Made by a program: the position numbers and the translations under genes. The notes beneath the pieces were generated by a model. That model had not been told where the DNA came from, ran no database searches, and saw only the letters and a program-made list of their open reading frames with translations. A DNA stretch of 64,000 nt, taken from NCBI GenBank assembly GCA_051530055.1, contig CM121342.1, positions 6,571,489 to 6,635,488 of the forward strand, in the 5' to 3' direction. This document shows positions 11,840 to 23,961 of the stretch, piece by piece. Numbering within the stretch: the stretch's first letter is position 1; every line of letters starts with the position of its first letter. Source of the DNA: Neoechinorhynchus agilis. Taxonomy: Eukaryota > Animalia > Acanthocephala.

Positions 11840-14800
11840 GAACTATCTTTTCAATTTCCATTCTGTCACACATTAAATTGTTGAAAAGTCGACGCTTATT
11901 TGCTGACGTCACGAGACAACCGAAATTACCATTCTTTCACGCATTAAAATGTGGAAACAGTCGACTTGATTTGCTGACGTCACGCGAATACAAAAATTTC
12001 CATTCTTTCACGCATTAAAATGTGGAAACAGCCGAATTGATTTGCTGACGTCACGCGAATACCGAAATTTCCATTAAATCACGCATTAAAACGTAAAAAA
12101 ATTCGACTTGATTTGCTGACGTCACGCGAATACTAAAATTTCCATTCTTTCACGCAATAAAATGTGGAAACAGTCGACTTGATTTGCTGACGTCACGAGA
12201 AAACCAAAATTTCCATTCTTTCGCGCATTAAAATGTGGAAACAGCGATATTTGTGCGTCAGGAATCAAATTTTTGTCGACTTGATTTGTGAGTCACGAGA
12301 ATACAAAATTTCCATTCTTTCCGCATTAAAATGTGGAACAGTCGACTTGATTTGCTGACGTCACGAGAAAACCAAAATTTCCATTCTTTCGCGCATTAAA
12401 ATGTGGAAACAGTCGACTTGATTTGCTGACGTCACGCGAATACCGAAATTTCCATTCAATCACGCATTAAAATGTGGAAAATTCGACTTGATTTGCTGAC
12501 GTCACGAGAATACCAAAATTTCCATTCTTTCGCGCATTAAAATGTGGAAACAGTCGACTTGATTTGCTGACGTCACGCGAATACAATTTCTTATTCTCTC
12601 CGCATTAAAATGTGAAAGTGACTTGATTTGCTACGTCACGAGAATACCAAAATTTCCATTCTTTCACGCATTAAAATGTGGAAAAGTCGACTTGATTTGC
12701 TGACGTCACGCGAATACCGAAATTTCCATTCAATCACGCATTAAAATGTAGAAAATTCGACTTGATTTGCTGACGTCACGAGAATACCAAAATTTCCATT
12801 CTTTCACGCATTAAAATGTGGAAAATTCGACTTGATTTGCTGACGTCACGGAATACCAAATTTCCATTCTTTCCGCAAAAGTGGAATCGACTTTTTTGAT
12901 CACGAATACAAAATTTCATTCTTTCCGCATTAAAATGTGGAAACGTCGACTTGATTTGCTGAAGTCACGAGAATACCAAAATTTCCATTCTTTCACGCAT
13001 TAAAATGTGGAAAAGTCGACTTGATTTGCTGACGTCACGAGAATACCAAAATTTCCATTCTTTCACGCATTAAAATGTGGAAAAGTCGACTTGATTTGCT
13101 GACGTCACGAGAATACCAAAATTTCCATTCAATCGCGCATTAAAATGTAGAAAAGTCGACTTGATTTGATGACGTCACGAGAAAACCAAAATTTCCATTC
13201 CTTCGCTCATTAAAATGTGGAAACAGTCGACTTGATTTGCTGACGTCACGAGAATACCAAAATTTCCATTCTTTCACGCATTAAAATGTGGAAAATACGA
13301 CTTGATTTGCTGACGTCACGCGAATACCAAAATTTCCATTCTTTCACGCATTAAAATGTGGAAAAGTCGACTTGATTTGCTGACGTCACGAGAATACCAA
13401 AATTTCCATTCTTTCGCGCATTAAAATGTGGAAAAGTCGACTTGATTTGCTGACGTCACGAGAATACCAAAATTTCCATTCTTTCACGCATTAAAATGTG
13501 GAAAAGTCGACTTGATTTGCTGACGTCACGAGAATACCAAAATTTCCATTCTTTCGCGCATTAAAATGTGGAAACAGTCGACTTGATTTGCTGACGTCAC
13601 GCGAATACCAAAATTTCTATTCTTTCGCACATTAAAATGTGGAAACGTCGACGCTTATTTGCTGACGTCACGAGAATACCAAAAATTTCCATTCTTTCAC
13701 GCATTAAAATGCGGAAACAGTCGACTTGATTTGCTGACGTCACGCGAATACCGAAATTACCATTCAATCACGCATTAAAATGTGGAAAAGTCGACTTGAT
13801 TTGCTGACGTCACGAGAATACCAAAATTTCCATTCTTTCGCGCATTAAAATGTGGAAACAGTCGACTTGATTTGCTGACGTCACGCGAATACCAAAATTT
13901 CTATTCGTTCGCACATTAAAATGTGGAAACGTCGACGTCATTTGCTGAAGTCACGAGAATACCTAAATTTCCATTCTTTCACGCACTAAAATGTGGAACA
14001 GTCGACTTGATTTGGTGACGTCACGAGAGTACCAAAATTTCTATTCTGTCGCTCATTAAAATGTGGAAACAGTCGACTTGATTTGCTGACGTCACGTGAA
14101 TACCGAAATTTCCATTCAATCACGCATTAAAATGTAGAAAAGTCGACTTGATTTGATGACGTCACGAGAAAACCAAAATTTCCATTCCTTCGCTCATTAA
14201 AATGTGGAAACAGTAGACTTGATTTGCTGACGTCACGAGAATACCAAAATTTCCATTCTTTCACGCATTAAAATGTGGAACCTACGACTTGATTTGCTGA
14301 CGTCACCCGAATACAAAAATTTCCATTCTTTCACGCATTAAAATGTGGAAAAGCCGAATTGATTTGCTGACGTCACGCGAATACCGAAATCTCCATTCTT
14401 TCACGCATTAAAATGTGGAAACAGTCGACTTGATTTGCTGACGTCACGCGAATACCAAAATTTCAATTCTTTCGCGCATTAAAATGTGGAAAAGCCGACT
14501 TGATTTGCTGACGTCACGAGAATACCAAAATTTCCATTCTTTCGCGCATTAAAATGTAGAAAAGTCGACGTTATTTGCTGACGTCACGCGAATACCGAAA
14601 TTTCCATTCAATCACGCATTAAAAGGTGAAACAGTCGACTTGATTTGCTGACGTCACGAGAATACCAAAATTTCCATTCTTTCACGCATTAAAATGTGGA
14701 AAATTCGACTTGATTCGCTGACGTCACGAATTCAAAATTTCCATTCTTTGCGCATAAAATGTGGAAAATCGACTTGATTTGCTGAAGTCACGAGAATACC

Positions 14801-17800
14801 AAAATTTCCATTCTTTCACGCAATAAAATGTGGAACAGTCGACTTGATTTGCTGACGTCACGAGAGTACCAAAATTTCTATTCTTTCGCGCATTAAAATG
14901 TGGAACCAGTCGACTTGATTTGATGACGTCACGCGAATACCGAAATTTCCATTGTTTCACGCATTAAAATGTGGAAACAGTCGACTTGATTTGCTGACGT
15001 CACGAGAATAAAAAAATTTCCATTCCTTCGCTCATTAAAATGTGGAAAATTCGACTTGATTTGCTGACGTCACGCGAATACCGAAATTTCCATTCAATCA
15101 CGCATTAAAATGTAGAGAAGTCGACTTGATTTGATGACGTCACGAGAAAACCAAAATTTCCATTCTTTCGCGCATTAAAATGTGGAAACAGTCGACTTGA
15201 TTTGCTGACGTCACGAGAATACCAAAATTTCCATTCTTTCGCGCATTAAAATGTAGAAAAGTCGACTTGATTTGCTGACGTCACGCGAATACCAAAATTT
15301 CCATTCTTTCGCGCATTAAAATGTGGAAAATCGACTTGATTTGCTGACGTCACGAGAATACCAAAATTTCCATTCTTTCACGCATTAAAATGTGGAAAAG
15401 TCGACTTGATTTGCTGACGTCACGAGAATACCAAAATTTCCATTCTTTCGCGCATTAAAATGTGGAAACAGTCGACTTGATTTGCTGACGTCACGCGAAT
15501 ACCGAAATTTCCATTCAATCACGCATTAAAATGTAGAGAAGTCGACTTGATTTGATGACGTCACGAGAAACCCAAAATTTCCATTTCTTCACGCATTAAA
15601 ATGTGGAAACAGTCGACTTGATTTGCTGACGTCACGAGAATACAAAAATTTCCATTCTTTCACGCATTAAAATGTTGAAAATTCGACTTGATTTGCTGAC
15701 GTCACGCGAATACCAAAATTTCCATTCTTTCACGCATTAAAATGTGGAAACAGTCGACTTGATTTGCTGACGTCACGAGAATACCAAAATTTCCATTCTT
15801 TCACGCATTAAAATGTGGAAAAGTCGACTTGATTTGCTGACGTCACGAGAATACCAAAATTTCCATTCTTTCACGCAATAAAACGTGGAACAGTCGACTT
15901 GATTTGCTGACGTCACGAGAAAACCAAAATTTCCATTCTTTCGCGCATTTAAATGTGGAAACAGTCGACTTGATTTGCTGACGTCACGCGAATACCAAAA
16001 TTTCTATTCTTTCGCACATTAAAATGTGGAAACGTCGACGCTTATTTGCTGACGTCACGAGAATACCAAAAATTTCCATTCTTTCACGCATTAAAATGCG
16101 GAAACAGTCGACTTGATTTGCTGACGTCACGCGAACACCGAAATTACCATTCAATCACGCATTAAAATGTAGAAAAGTCGACTTGATTTGATGACGTCAC
16201 GAGAAAACCAAAATTTCCATTCTTTCGCGCATTAAAATGTGGAAACAGTCGACTTGATTTGCTGACGTCACGCGAATTCCAAAATTTCTATTCGTTCGCA
16301 CATTAAAATGTGGAAACGTCGACGCTCATTTGCTGAAGTCACGAGAATACCTAAATTTCCATTCTTTCACGCACTAAAATGTGGAACAGTCGACTTGATT
16401 TGGTGACGTCACGAGAGTACCAAAATTTCTATTCTGTCGCTCATTAAAATGTGGAAACAGTCGACTTGATTTGCTGACGTCACGTGAATACCGAAATTTC
16501 CATTCAATCACGCATTAAAATGTAGAAAAGTCGACTTGATTTGATGACGTCACGAGAAAACCAAAATTTCCATTCCTTCGCTCATTAAAATGTGGAAACA
16601 GTAGACTTGATTTGCTGACGTCACGAGAATACCAAAATTTCCATTCTTTCACGCATTAAAATGTGGAACCTACGACTTGATTTGCTGACGTCACCCGAAT
16701 ACAAAAATTTCCATTCTTTCACGCATTAAAATGTGGAAACAGCCGAATTGATTTGCTGACGTCACGCGAATACCGAAATCTCCATTCTTTCACGCATTAA
16801 AATGTGGAAACAGTCGACTTGATTTGCTGACGTCACGCGAATACCAAAATTTCAATTCTTTCGCGCATTAAAATGTGGAAAAGCCGACTTGATTTGCTGA
16901 CGTCACGAGAATACCAAGATTTCCATTCTTTCGCGCATTAAAATGTAGAAAAGTCGACGTTATTTGCTGACGTCACGCGAATACCGAAATTTCCATTCAA
17001 TCACGCATTAAAAGGGTGAAACAGTCGACTTGATTTGCTGACGTCACGAGAATACCAAAATTTCCATTCTTTCACGCATTAAAATGTGGAAAATTCGACT
17101 TGATTCGCTGACGTCACCCGAATGTCAAAATTTCCATTCTTTCGCGCATTAAAATGTGGAAACACTCGACTTGATTTGCTGAACTCACGAGAATGCCAAA
17201 ATTTCAATTCTTTCACGCAATTAAATGTGGAACGGTCGACTTGATTTGCTGACGTCACGAGAGTACCAAAATTTCCATTCTTTCGCGCATTAAAATGTGA
17301 AAACAGTTGACTTGATTTGCTCACGTCACGAGAATACCGAAATTTCCATTCAATCACGCATTAAAATGTAGAAAAGTCGACTTGATTTAATGAAGTCACG
17401 AGAAAACCAAAATTTCCATTCCTTCGCTCATTAAAATGTGGAAAAGCCGACTTGATTTGCTGACGTCACGAGAATACCAAAATTTCCATTCTTTCGCGCA
17501 TTAAAATGTAGAAAAGTCGACGTTATTTGCTGACGTCACGCTAATACGAAAATTTCCATTCTTTCGCGTATGAAAAGGCGGAAACGGTCGACTTGATTTT
17601 CTGACGTAACGCGAATACCGAAATTTCCATTCAATCACGCATTAAAATGTAGAGAAGTCGACTTGATTTGATGACGTCACGAGAAACCCAAAATTTCCAT
17701 TTCTTCACGCATTAAAATGTGGAAACAGTCGACTTGATTTGCTGACGTCACGAGAATACAAAAATTTCCATTCTTTCACGCATTAAAATATGGAAAATTC

Positions 17801-19145
17801 GACTTGACTTGCTGACGTAACGAGAAAACCAAAATTTCCATTCTTTCACGCTTTAAATTGTAAAAAATTCGACTTGATTTGCTGACGTAACGCGAATACC
17901 AAAATTTCCATTTAATCGCGCATTAAAATGTAGAAAAGTCGACTTGATTTGCTGACGTCACGCGAATACTGAAATTTCCATTCAATCACGCATTAAAATG
18001 TGGAAAATTCGACTTGATTTGCTGAAGTCACGAGAATACCAAAATTTCCCTTCTTTCACGCAATAAAATGTGGAACAGTCGACTTGATTTGCTGACGTCA
18101 CGAGAAAACCAAAATTTCCATTCTTTCGCGCATTTAAATGTGGAAACAGTCGACTTGATATGCTGATGTCACGCGAATACCAAAATTTCTATTCTTTCGC
18201 ACATTAAAATGTTGAAACGTCGACTTGATTTGATGACGTCACGAGAATACCAAAATTTCCATTCTTTCGCGCATTAAAATGTGGATACAGTCGACTTGAT
18301 TTGCTGACATCGCGCGAATACCAAAATTTCTATTCTTTCGGGAATTAAAATTTGGAAACGGTCGACTTGATTTGCCGACGTTACGCGAATACCAAAATTT
18401 CAATTCTGTCGCGCATTAAAATGTGGAAAATTCGACTTGATTTGCTGACGTCACCCGAGTACCAAAAGTTTCCATTCTTTCACGCATTAAAATGCGGAAA
18501 CAGTCGACTTGATTTGCTTACGTCACGCGAATACCGAAATTTCCATTCAATCACGCATTAAAATGTAGAAAAGTCGACTTGATTTGCTGAACTCACGAGA
18601 ATGCCAAAATTTCCATTCTTTCGCGCATTAAAATGTGAAAACAGTTGACTTGATTTGCTCACGTCACGCGAATACCGAAATTTCCATTTAATCACGCATT
18701 AAAATGTAGAAAAGTCGACTTGATTTGCTGAACTCACGAGAATGCCAAAATTTCCATTCTTTCGCGCATTAAAATGTGAAAACAGTTGACTTGATTTGCT
18801 TACGTCACGCGAATACCGAAATTTCCATTTAATCACGCATTAAAATGTAGAAAAGTCGACTTGATTTGCTGAACTCACGAGAATGCCAAAATTTCCATTC
18901 TTTCGCGCATTAAAATGTGGAAACAGTCGACTTGATTTGCTGACGTCACGCGAATACCGAAATTTCCATTCAATCACGCATTAAAATGTGGAAAAGTCGA
19001 CTTGATTTGATGAAGTCACGAGAAAACCAAAATTTCCATTCTTTCGCCATTAAAATGTGGAAAGTCGATTATTTGCTGACGTCACGGAATACCAAATTTC
19101 CATTTCATTAAAATGTGGAAAAGCCGACTTGATTTGCTGACGTCT
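11840..19145. repeat. 70/71-bp satellite, about 103 monomers, each typically with GTCGAC and TGACGTCA
   Basis: Consensus gtcgacttgatttgctgacgtcacgagaataccaaaatttccattctttcacgcattaaaatgtggaaaa; period 70 measured at 13366, 13436 and 13506. Confidence 0.98.
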
Positions 19146-19284
19146 CGATTAACACGTTTTTAATCGATTGGTCGACTGGTCGATTAACACACGCTTGATC
19201 GATTTATCATGTAGGTTTAAAAATAGGTGTGTGTGATGAAGTGTTGAATAAAAAATGTCGCTAAAAAAAGAATACAATGCGACA
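19146..19284 (+). mobile_element. 3' portion of a 5' LTR of a Ty3/gypsy element
   Basis: AATAAA at about 19247; ends in ...ACA at 19284, two nt before the PBS. Confidence 0.7.
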
Positions 19285-20349
19285 TCTGGCGACGAGGGTG
19301 GGATCCCGTTGGGCGAAATCCTGAAGGATCAAGCAACCCAAATCAAAGAGTTGTTACAGCAACAGCAGCAACAGAATGCGATGATTATGGAGATGTTCAA
19401 AGTCATGAAATGTACTGGACAATTAGAAAACCCAGAAAAGAAGACAGTGAGTCCATTCCGACCATTCGATTCCACAAAACAATCGTGGTGCGAGTATATG
19501 GAACAAGTGAATGAATACATGAAAGCGAATGGAATTGACGGAAGCGAGTATCAGAAATCAAGTTTGTTAGCCTGGATTGGGGCTGACACATATGAAACGA
19601 TAAAGAAGATAACAGCCGCTCAAGACTTATTGAATATGCCATATAGTGAACCACTGGAGACGTTAGAGCGACATTTCCAGACAGAGGTTCCTGAGATTTT
19701 GGCACGATATATGTTTAACTCCAAGAAGAAGGAGGAATGCCAAACACATGAAGAATGGGTGACGGAGTTGAGGGGAGCGGCACGCGGTTGTAATTTTTTC
19801 TCAGATGATATTAAGAATGAGAGAAACGCCGTGGAGGATCGGATTAAGGACGTCGTAATACTGAATACGCCAAATGACTCCCTTAGAAGGGTAGCAATGC
19901 AATCAAAGGACATGACACTCGAAAGGCTGTTAGAATTAGCGAAAACAATGGAGGCTAGCGATAATGCACAAAAGATAATCAGCGCAAGCAGGGAAAGTTA
20001 TGTTAGAAATCCGGATATAAATCGGATAGAGGGAAAGAGTTTCGAATCTCGAAGGAGGGGATGGAGCCAACGAAAAGTATACAGAGATAAAGATGCTCTG
20101 GACAACGAGGCTTGTAACAATTGTGGATGGTCACATAAACCTGGTTCAGGATGTCCGGCAACGAAATCACGTTGTCGCAAATGCAACAACATCGGGCACT
20201 ATGCACGTTGTTGTCGATCAAAAGTGTTTAAAGTGCGAGAAAGTCGAAATGGCACGAGATCCCCTTGCTTATCGATCAATAGTGATATATCCTGTTACCC
20301 TTTTTTAGGCATAAAAACGAACTCTGATTCAAATTTCGGATATTCATAA
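19255..20349 (+). mobile_element. Ty3/gypsy gag ORF, open, truncated before protease by the 125-bp satellite
   Basis: Capsid-like motifs PFDSTKQSW, LARYMFNSKKK..QTHEEWVTELR and DRIKDVV, plus the zinc knuckle CRKCNNIGHYARCC. The last about 18 codons are satellite. Confidence 0.9.
19287..19304 (+). other. Primer binding site complementary to the tRNA-Ser(GCU) 3' end
   Basis: TGGCGACGAGGGTGGGAT is the reverse complement of ATCCCACCCTCGTCG+CCA, recalled as the 3' end of eukaryotic tRNA-Ser(GCU). This PBS type is typical of Mag-like gypsy elements. Confidence 0.85.
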
Positions 20350-22305
20350 AAGTCACGGTTAAATTTTAAGAACCTAAAGTCTTCTTTTTTATCATCATTA
20401 AATTTTAGTTTGTCTCCTGTTACCCTTTTTTAGGCATAAAAACGAATTCTGATTCAAATTTCGGATATTCATAAAAGTCACGGTTAAATTTTGAACCTAA
20501 AGTCTTCTTTTTTATCATCATTAAATTTTATTGTCTTGTTACCCTTTTTTAGGCATAAAAACGAATTCTGATTCAAATTTCGGATATTCATAAAAGTCAC
20601 GGTTAAATTTTAAGAACCTAAAGTCTTCTTTTTTATCATCATTAAATTTTAGTTTGTCTCCTGTTACCCTTTTTTAGGCATAAAAACGAATTCTGATTCA
20701 AATTTCGGATATTCATAAAAGTCACGGTTAAATTTTAAGAACCTAAAGTCTTCTTTTTTATCATCATTAAATTTTAGTTTGTCTCCTGTTACCCTTTTTT
20801 AGGCATAAAAACGAATTCTGATTCAAATTTCGGATATTCATAAAAGTCACGGTTAAATTTTAAGAACCTAAAGTCTTCTTTTTTATCATCATTAAATTTT
20901 AGTTTGTCTCCTTTTACCCTTTTTTAGGCATAAAAACGAATTCTGATTCAAATTTCGGATATTCATAAAAGTCACGGTTAAATTTAAGAACCTAAAGTCT
21001 TCTTTTTTATCATCATTAAATTTTAGTTTGTCTCCTGTTACCCTTTTTTAGGCATAAAAACGAATTCTGATTCAAATTTCGGATATTCATAAAAGTCACG
21101 GTTAAATTTTAAGAACCTAAAGTCTTCTTTTTTATCATCATTAAATTTTAGTTTGTCTCCTGTTACCCTTTTTTAGGCATAAAAACGAACTCTGATTCAA
21201 ATTTCGGATATTCATAAAAGTCACGGTTAAATTTTAAGAACCTAAAGTCTTCTTTTTTATCATCATTAAATTTTAGTTTGTCTCCTGTTACCCTTTTTTA
21301 GGCATAAAAACGAACTCTGATTCAAATTTCGGATATTCATAAAAGTCACGGTTAAATTTTAAGAACCTAAAGTCTTCTTTTTTATCATCATTAAATTTTA
21401 GTTTGTCTCCTGTTACCCTTTTTTAGGCATAAAAACGAATTCTGATTCAAATTTCGGATATTCATAAAAGTCACGGTTAAATTTAAGAACCTAAAGTCTT
21501 CTTTTTTATCATCATTAAATTTTTGTCTCCTGTTACCCTTTTTTAGGCATAAAAACGAATTCTGATTCAAATTTCGGATATTCATAAAAGTCACGGTTAA
21601 ATTTTAAGAACCTAAAGTCTTCTTTTTTATCATCATTAAATTTTAGTTTGTCTCCTGTTACCCTTTTTTAGGCATAAAAACGAATTCTGATTCAAATTTC
21701 GGATATTCATAAAAGTCACGGTTAAATTTTAAGAACCTAAAGTCTTCTTTTTTATCATCATTAAATTTTAGTTTGTCTCCTGTTACCCTTTTTTAGGCAT
21801 AAAAACGAATTCTGATTCAAATTTCGGATATTCATAAAAGTCACGGTTAAATTTTAAGAACCTAAAGTCTTCTTTTTTATCATCATTAAATTTAGTTTGT
21901 CTCTGTTACTTTTTTAGGCATAAAAACGAACTCTGATTCAAATTTCGGATATTCATAAAAGTCACGGTTAAATTTTAAGAACCTAAAGTCTTCTTTTTTA
22001 TCATCATTAAATTTTAGTTTGTCTCCTGTTACCCTTTTTTAGGCATAAAAACGAACTCTGATTCAAATTTCGGATATTCATAAAAGTCACGGTTAAATTT
22101 TAAGCCTAAAGTCTTCTTTTTTATCATCATTAAATTTTAGTTTGTCTCCGGTTACCCTTTTTTAGGCATAAAAACGAACTCTGATTCAAATTTCGGATAT
22201 TCATAAAAGTCACGGTTAAATTTGAGGTCCTAAAGTCTTCTTTTTTATCATCATTAAATTTTAGTTTGTCTCCTGTTACCCTTTTTTAGGCATAAAAACG
22301 AACCA
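20291..22305. repeat. 125-bp satellite, about 16 near-identical copies
   Basis: cctgttaccctttttt...agtttgtct at 20291, 20416, 20660, 20785 and onward. Confidence 0.97.
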
Positions 22306-23004
22306 ATTAAAGACCTTAAAAAAGGCTAAATTCTTATTAATTATCAATGTGCGGCCTTTTTTCAGGGGTGATGATTTCCCTTGGCCAACAAAAGACTGAG
22401 ACAAATTAAAAATAGAAAATACGGTGAAAAGAGGCAAAATCTCATAGATTATCTTTTTTTTGAAGGACTTGTACCGTTCATCAATTATAACACAAAAATC
22501 ATTGTTCGCATTCTTTGAAACCCAAAAAATACAAAATCGGATGTTTTTTTTGTTAATCTTGAACTAAAATTGGAAGTGTTATTTAGAGAGTTCATCGTCA
22601 GTTCTAAAAAATGAGACATCAAATCTTTATTTTTTTGTTTCTTTGATTTAGAAGACTTCTTTAACTAAGCATCGTTGTAAAAACCCATTTTTTGTCATAA
22701 TTGAACAATGACGAGAAAAATAAAAATTGATTTATTCTCATTATTTTTTACGTAAAAACCTGAAGTCCGACGAGAGGAACGAAATATTTTTGAATTAATA
22801 AAAATCAATATATCCATTTTTTTCTCTCATCAGCAAAATACAATTATTCTTGTTGGCTTTCTGTAGAGAGAAGAGATTAAGGCAGGAAATGACCAGGGAT
22901 CAAGTGATTTTGGATTCATCAAATGCCTTCTTTGGTTTCTTATTGAGTTCAAATAAAACACAATAAATGGCGTAATTTTTAAGGTTTTTTTGAATCTCCC
23001 GATT

Positions 23005-23180
23005 TCAGTTATTGCTTTTAAAAGTCTTCATTCGCATTAATTTTTTCGATTAAAAACGCGTCGGCTATTAAAAGACGCTCAAAAAACTGATCATAAAACC
23101 CCTAACGAGTTTCGCATAACGTTTTTTTATGGAAAAAAGAAGAAGTTAATGCGAATGAAGACTTCTAAAAGCCAAAATTC
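23005..23180. mobile_element. MITE family 1 copy
   Basis: TIR aagtcttcattcgcattaa ... ttaatgcgaatgaagactt; internal cgtcggctattaaaagacgctcaaaaaactgatcataaa is shared with the 52427 copy. Confidence 0.75.
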
Positions 23181-23599
23181 CGATTATATTGACGATTGAG
23201 ATTTTTTTTATGGACTCATCATAATCTTTTGTAGAAATTTATGAAGAGATTAGCCAGCTTTTCTCCCACATTTTTGAACATAATACTTTCCATTGAACTC
23301 AAAACTTGAAAACGCAAGCTGATTCATTTCTCTAGACGAATTCTTCACAAGTGGCAAACATGAAGCTCAATTTTGTTGAATTTATTGTTTATTTTTTAAA
23401 GTCTAAGGTTGTTTTAATTGTGTATAGATTTAAGCGAACAAATTTTTTCTTTTTTGTTTGGCAAGTGCCATTCATTGATACTTTGCTCTGTTTTATAAGC
23501 TCATCAGCTTATTTTCTATCTTCTTTAGGAAAGATATTTGTGCCCGATAGAATTTCTCCATAAACTATTGAGAGCCCACTGAACTTCGACCTTCACTAT

Positions 23600-23690
23600 T
23601 GTCTCAAAAAACGAGATTAGACAAAAAGAGAGTAAAAGAACGCTGCATCCATCCTTTCGACCATTAGAACATCGGGACGGAAGCTGTTCC
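23600..23690 (+). mobile_element. CRE subfamily A extreme 3' fragment
   Basis: gaacgctgcatccatcctttcgaccatta matches gaacgctgcatccgtcctttcgaccgtta at about 9105. Confidence 0.6.
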
Positions 23691-23961
23691 AAGATAAAGT
23701 GAATGTTTATCTTGAAATATGGACCTTTGATTACCGACCAATTTTCTGGTCGCATCGAGATTCGTCACTAAATCCAGTTAAATCTCGTTTTTGTGAGAGA
23801 ATGATCAACGTTCAGCATTTTCTATTGCTCCTCCAGCTTTTATTGTTGCAGTTTAATGTGCAACGAGTGATCTTATTTTCTCCCTTGTTTTTTTGTATTG
23901 AATTGTGGTTCAATTGTTGACGTTTGTTTACTTTAAAGAAGAAAATTGGTTTTTTCGTTAG

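Noticed and set aside
11840-19145. CRISPR-like appearance of the regularly spaced repeats (also the other arrays)
   Set aside because: Monomers are contiguous with no unique spacers, the context is eukaryotic and there are no cas genes.
19255-20349. Domesticated Arc-like gag gene
   Set aside because: The adjacent LTR end and intact PBS indicate an ordinary recent retrotransposon remnant; kept only as a minor possibility.
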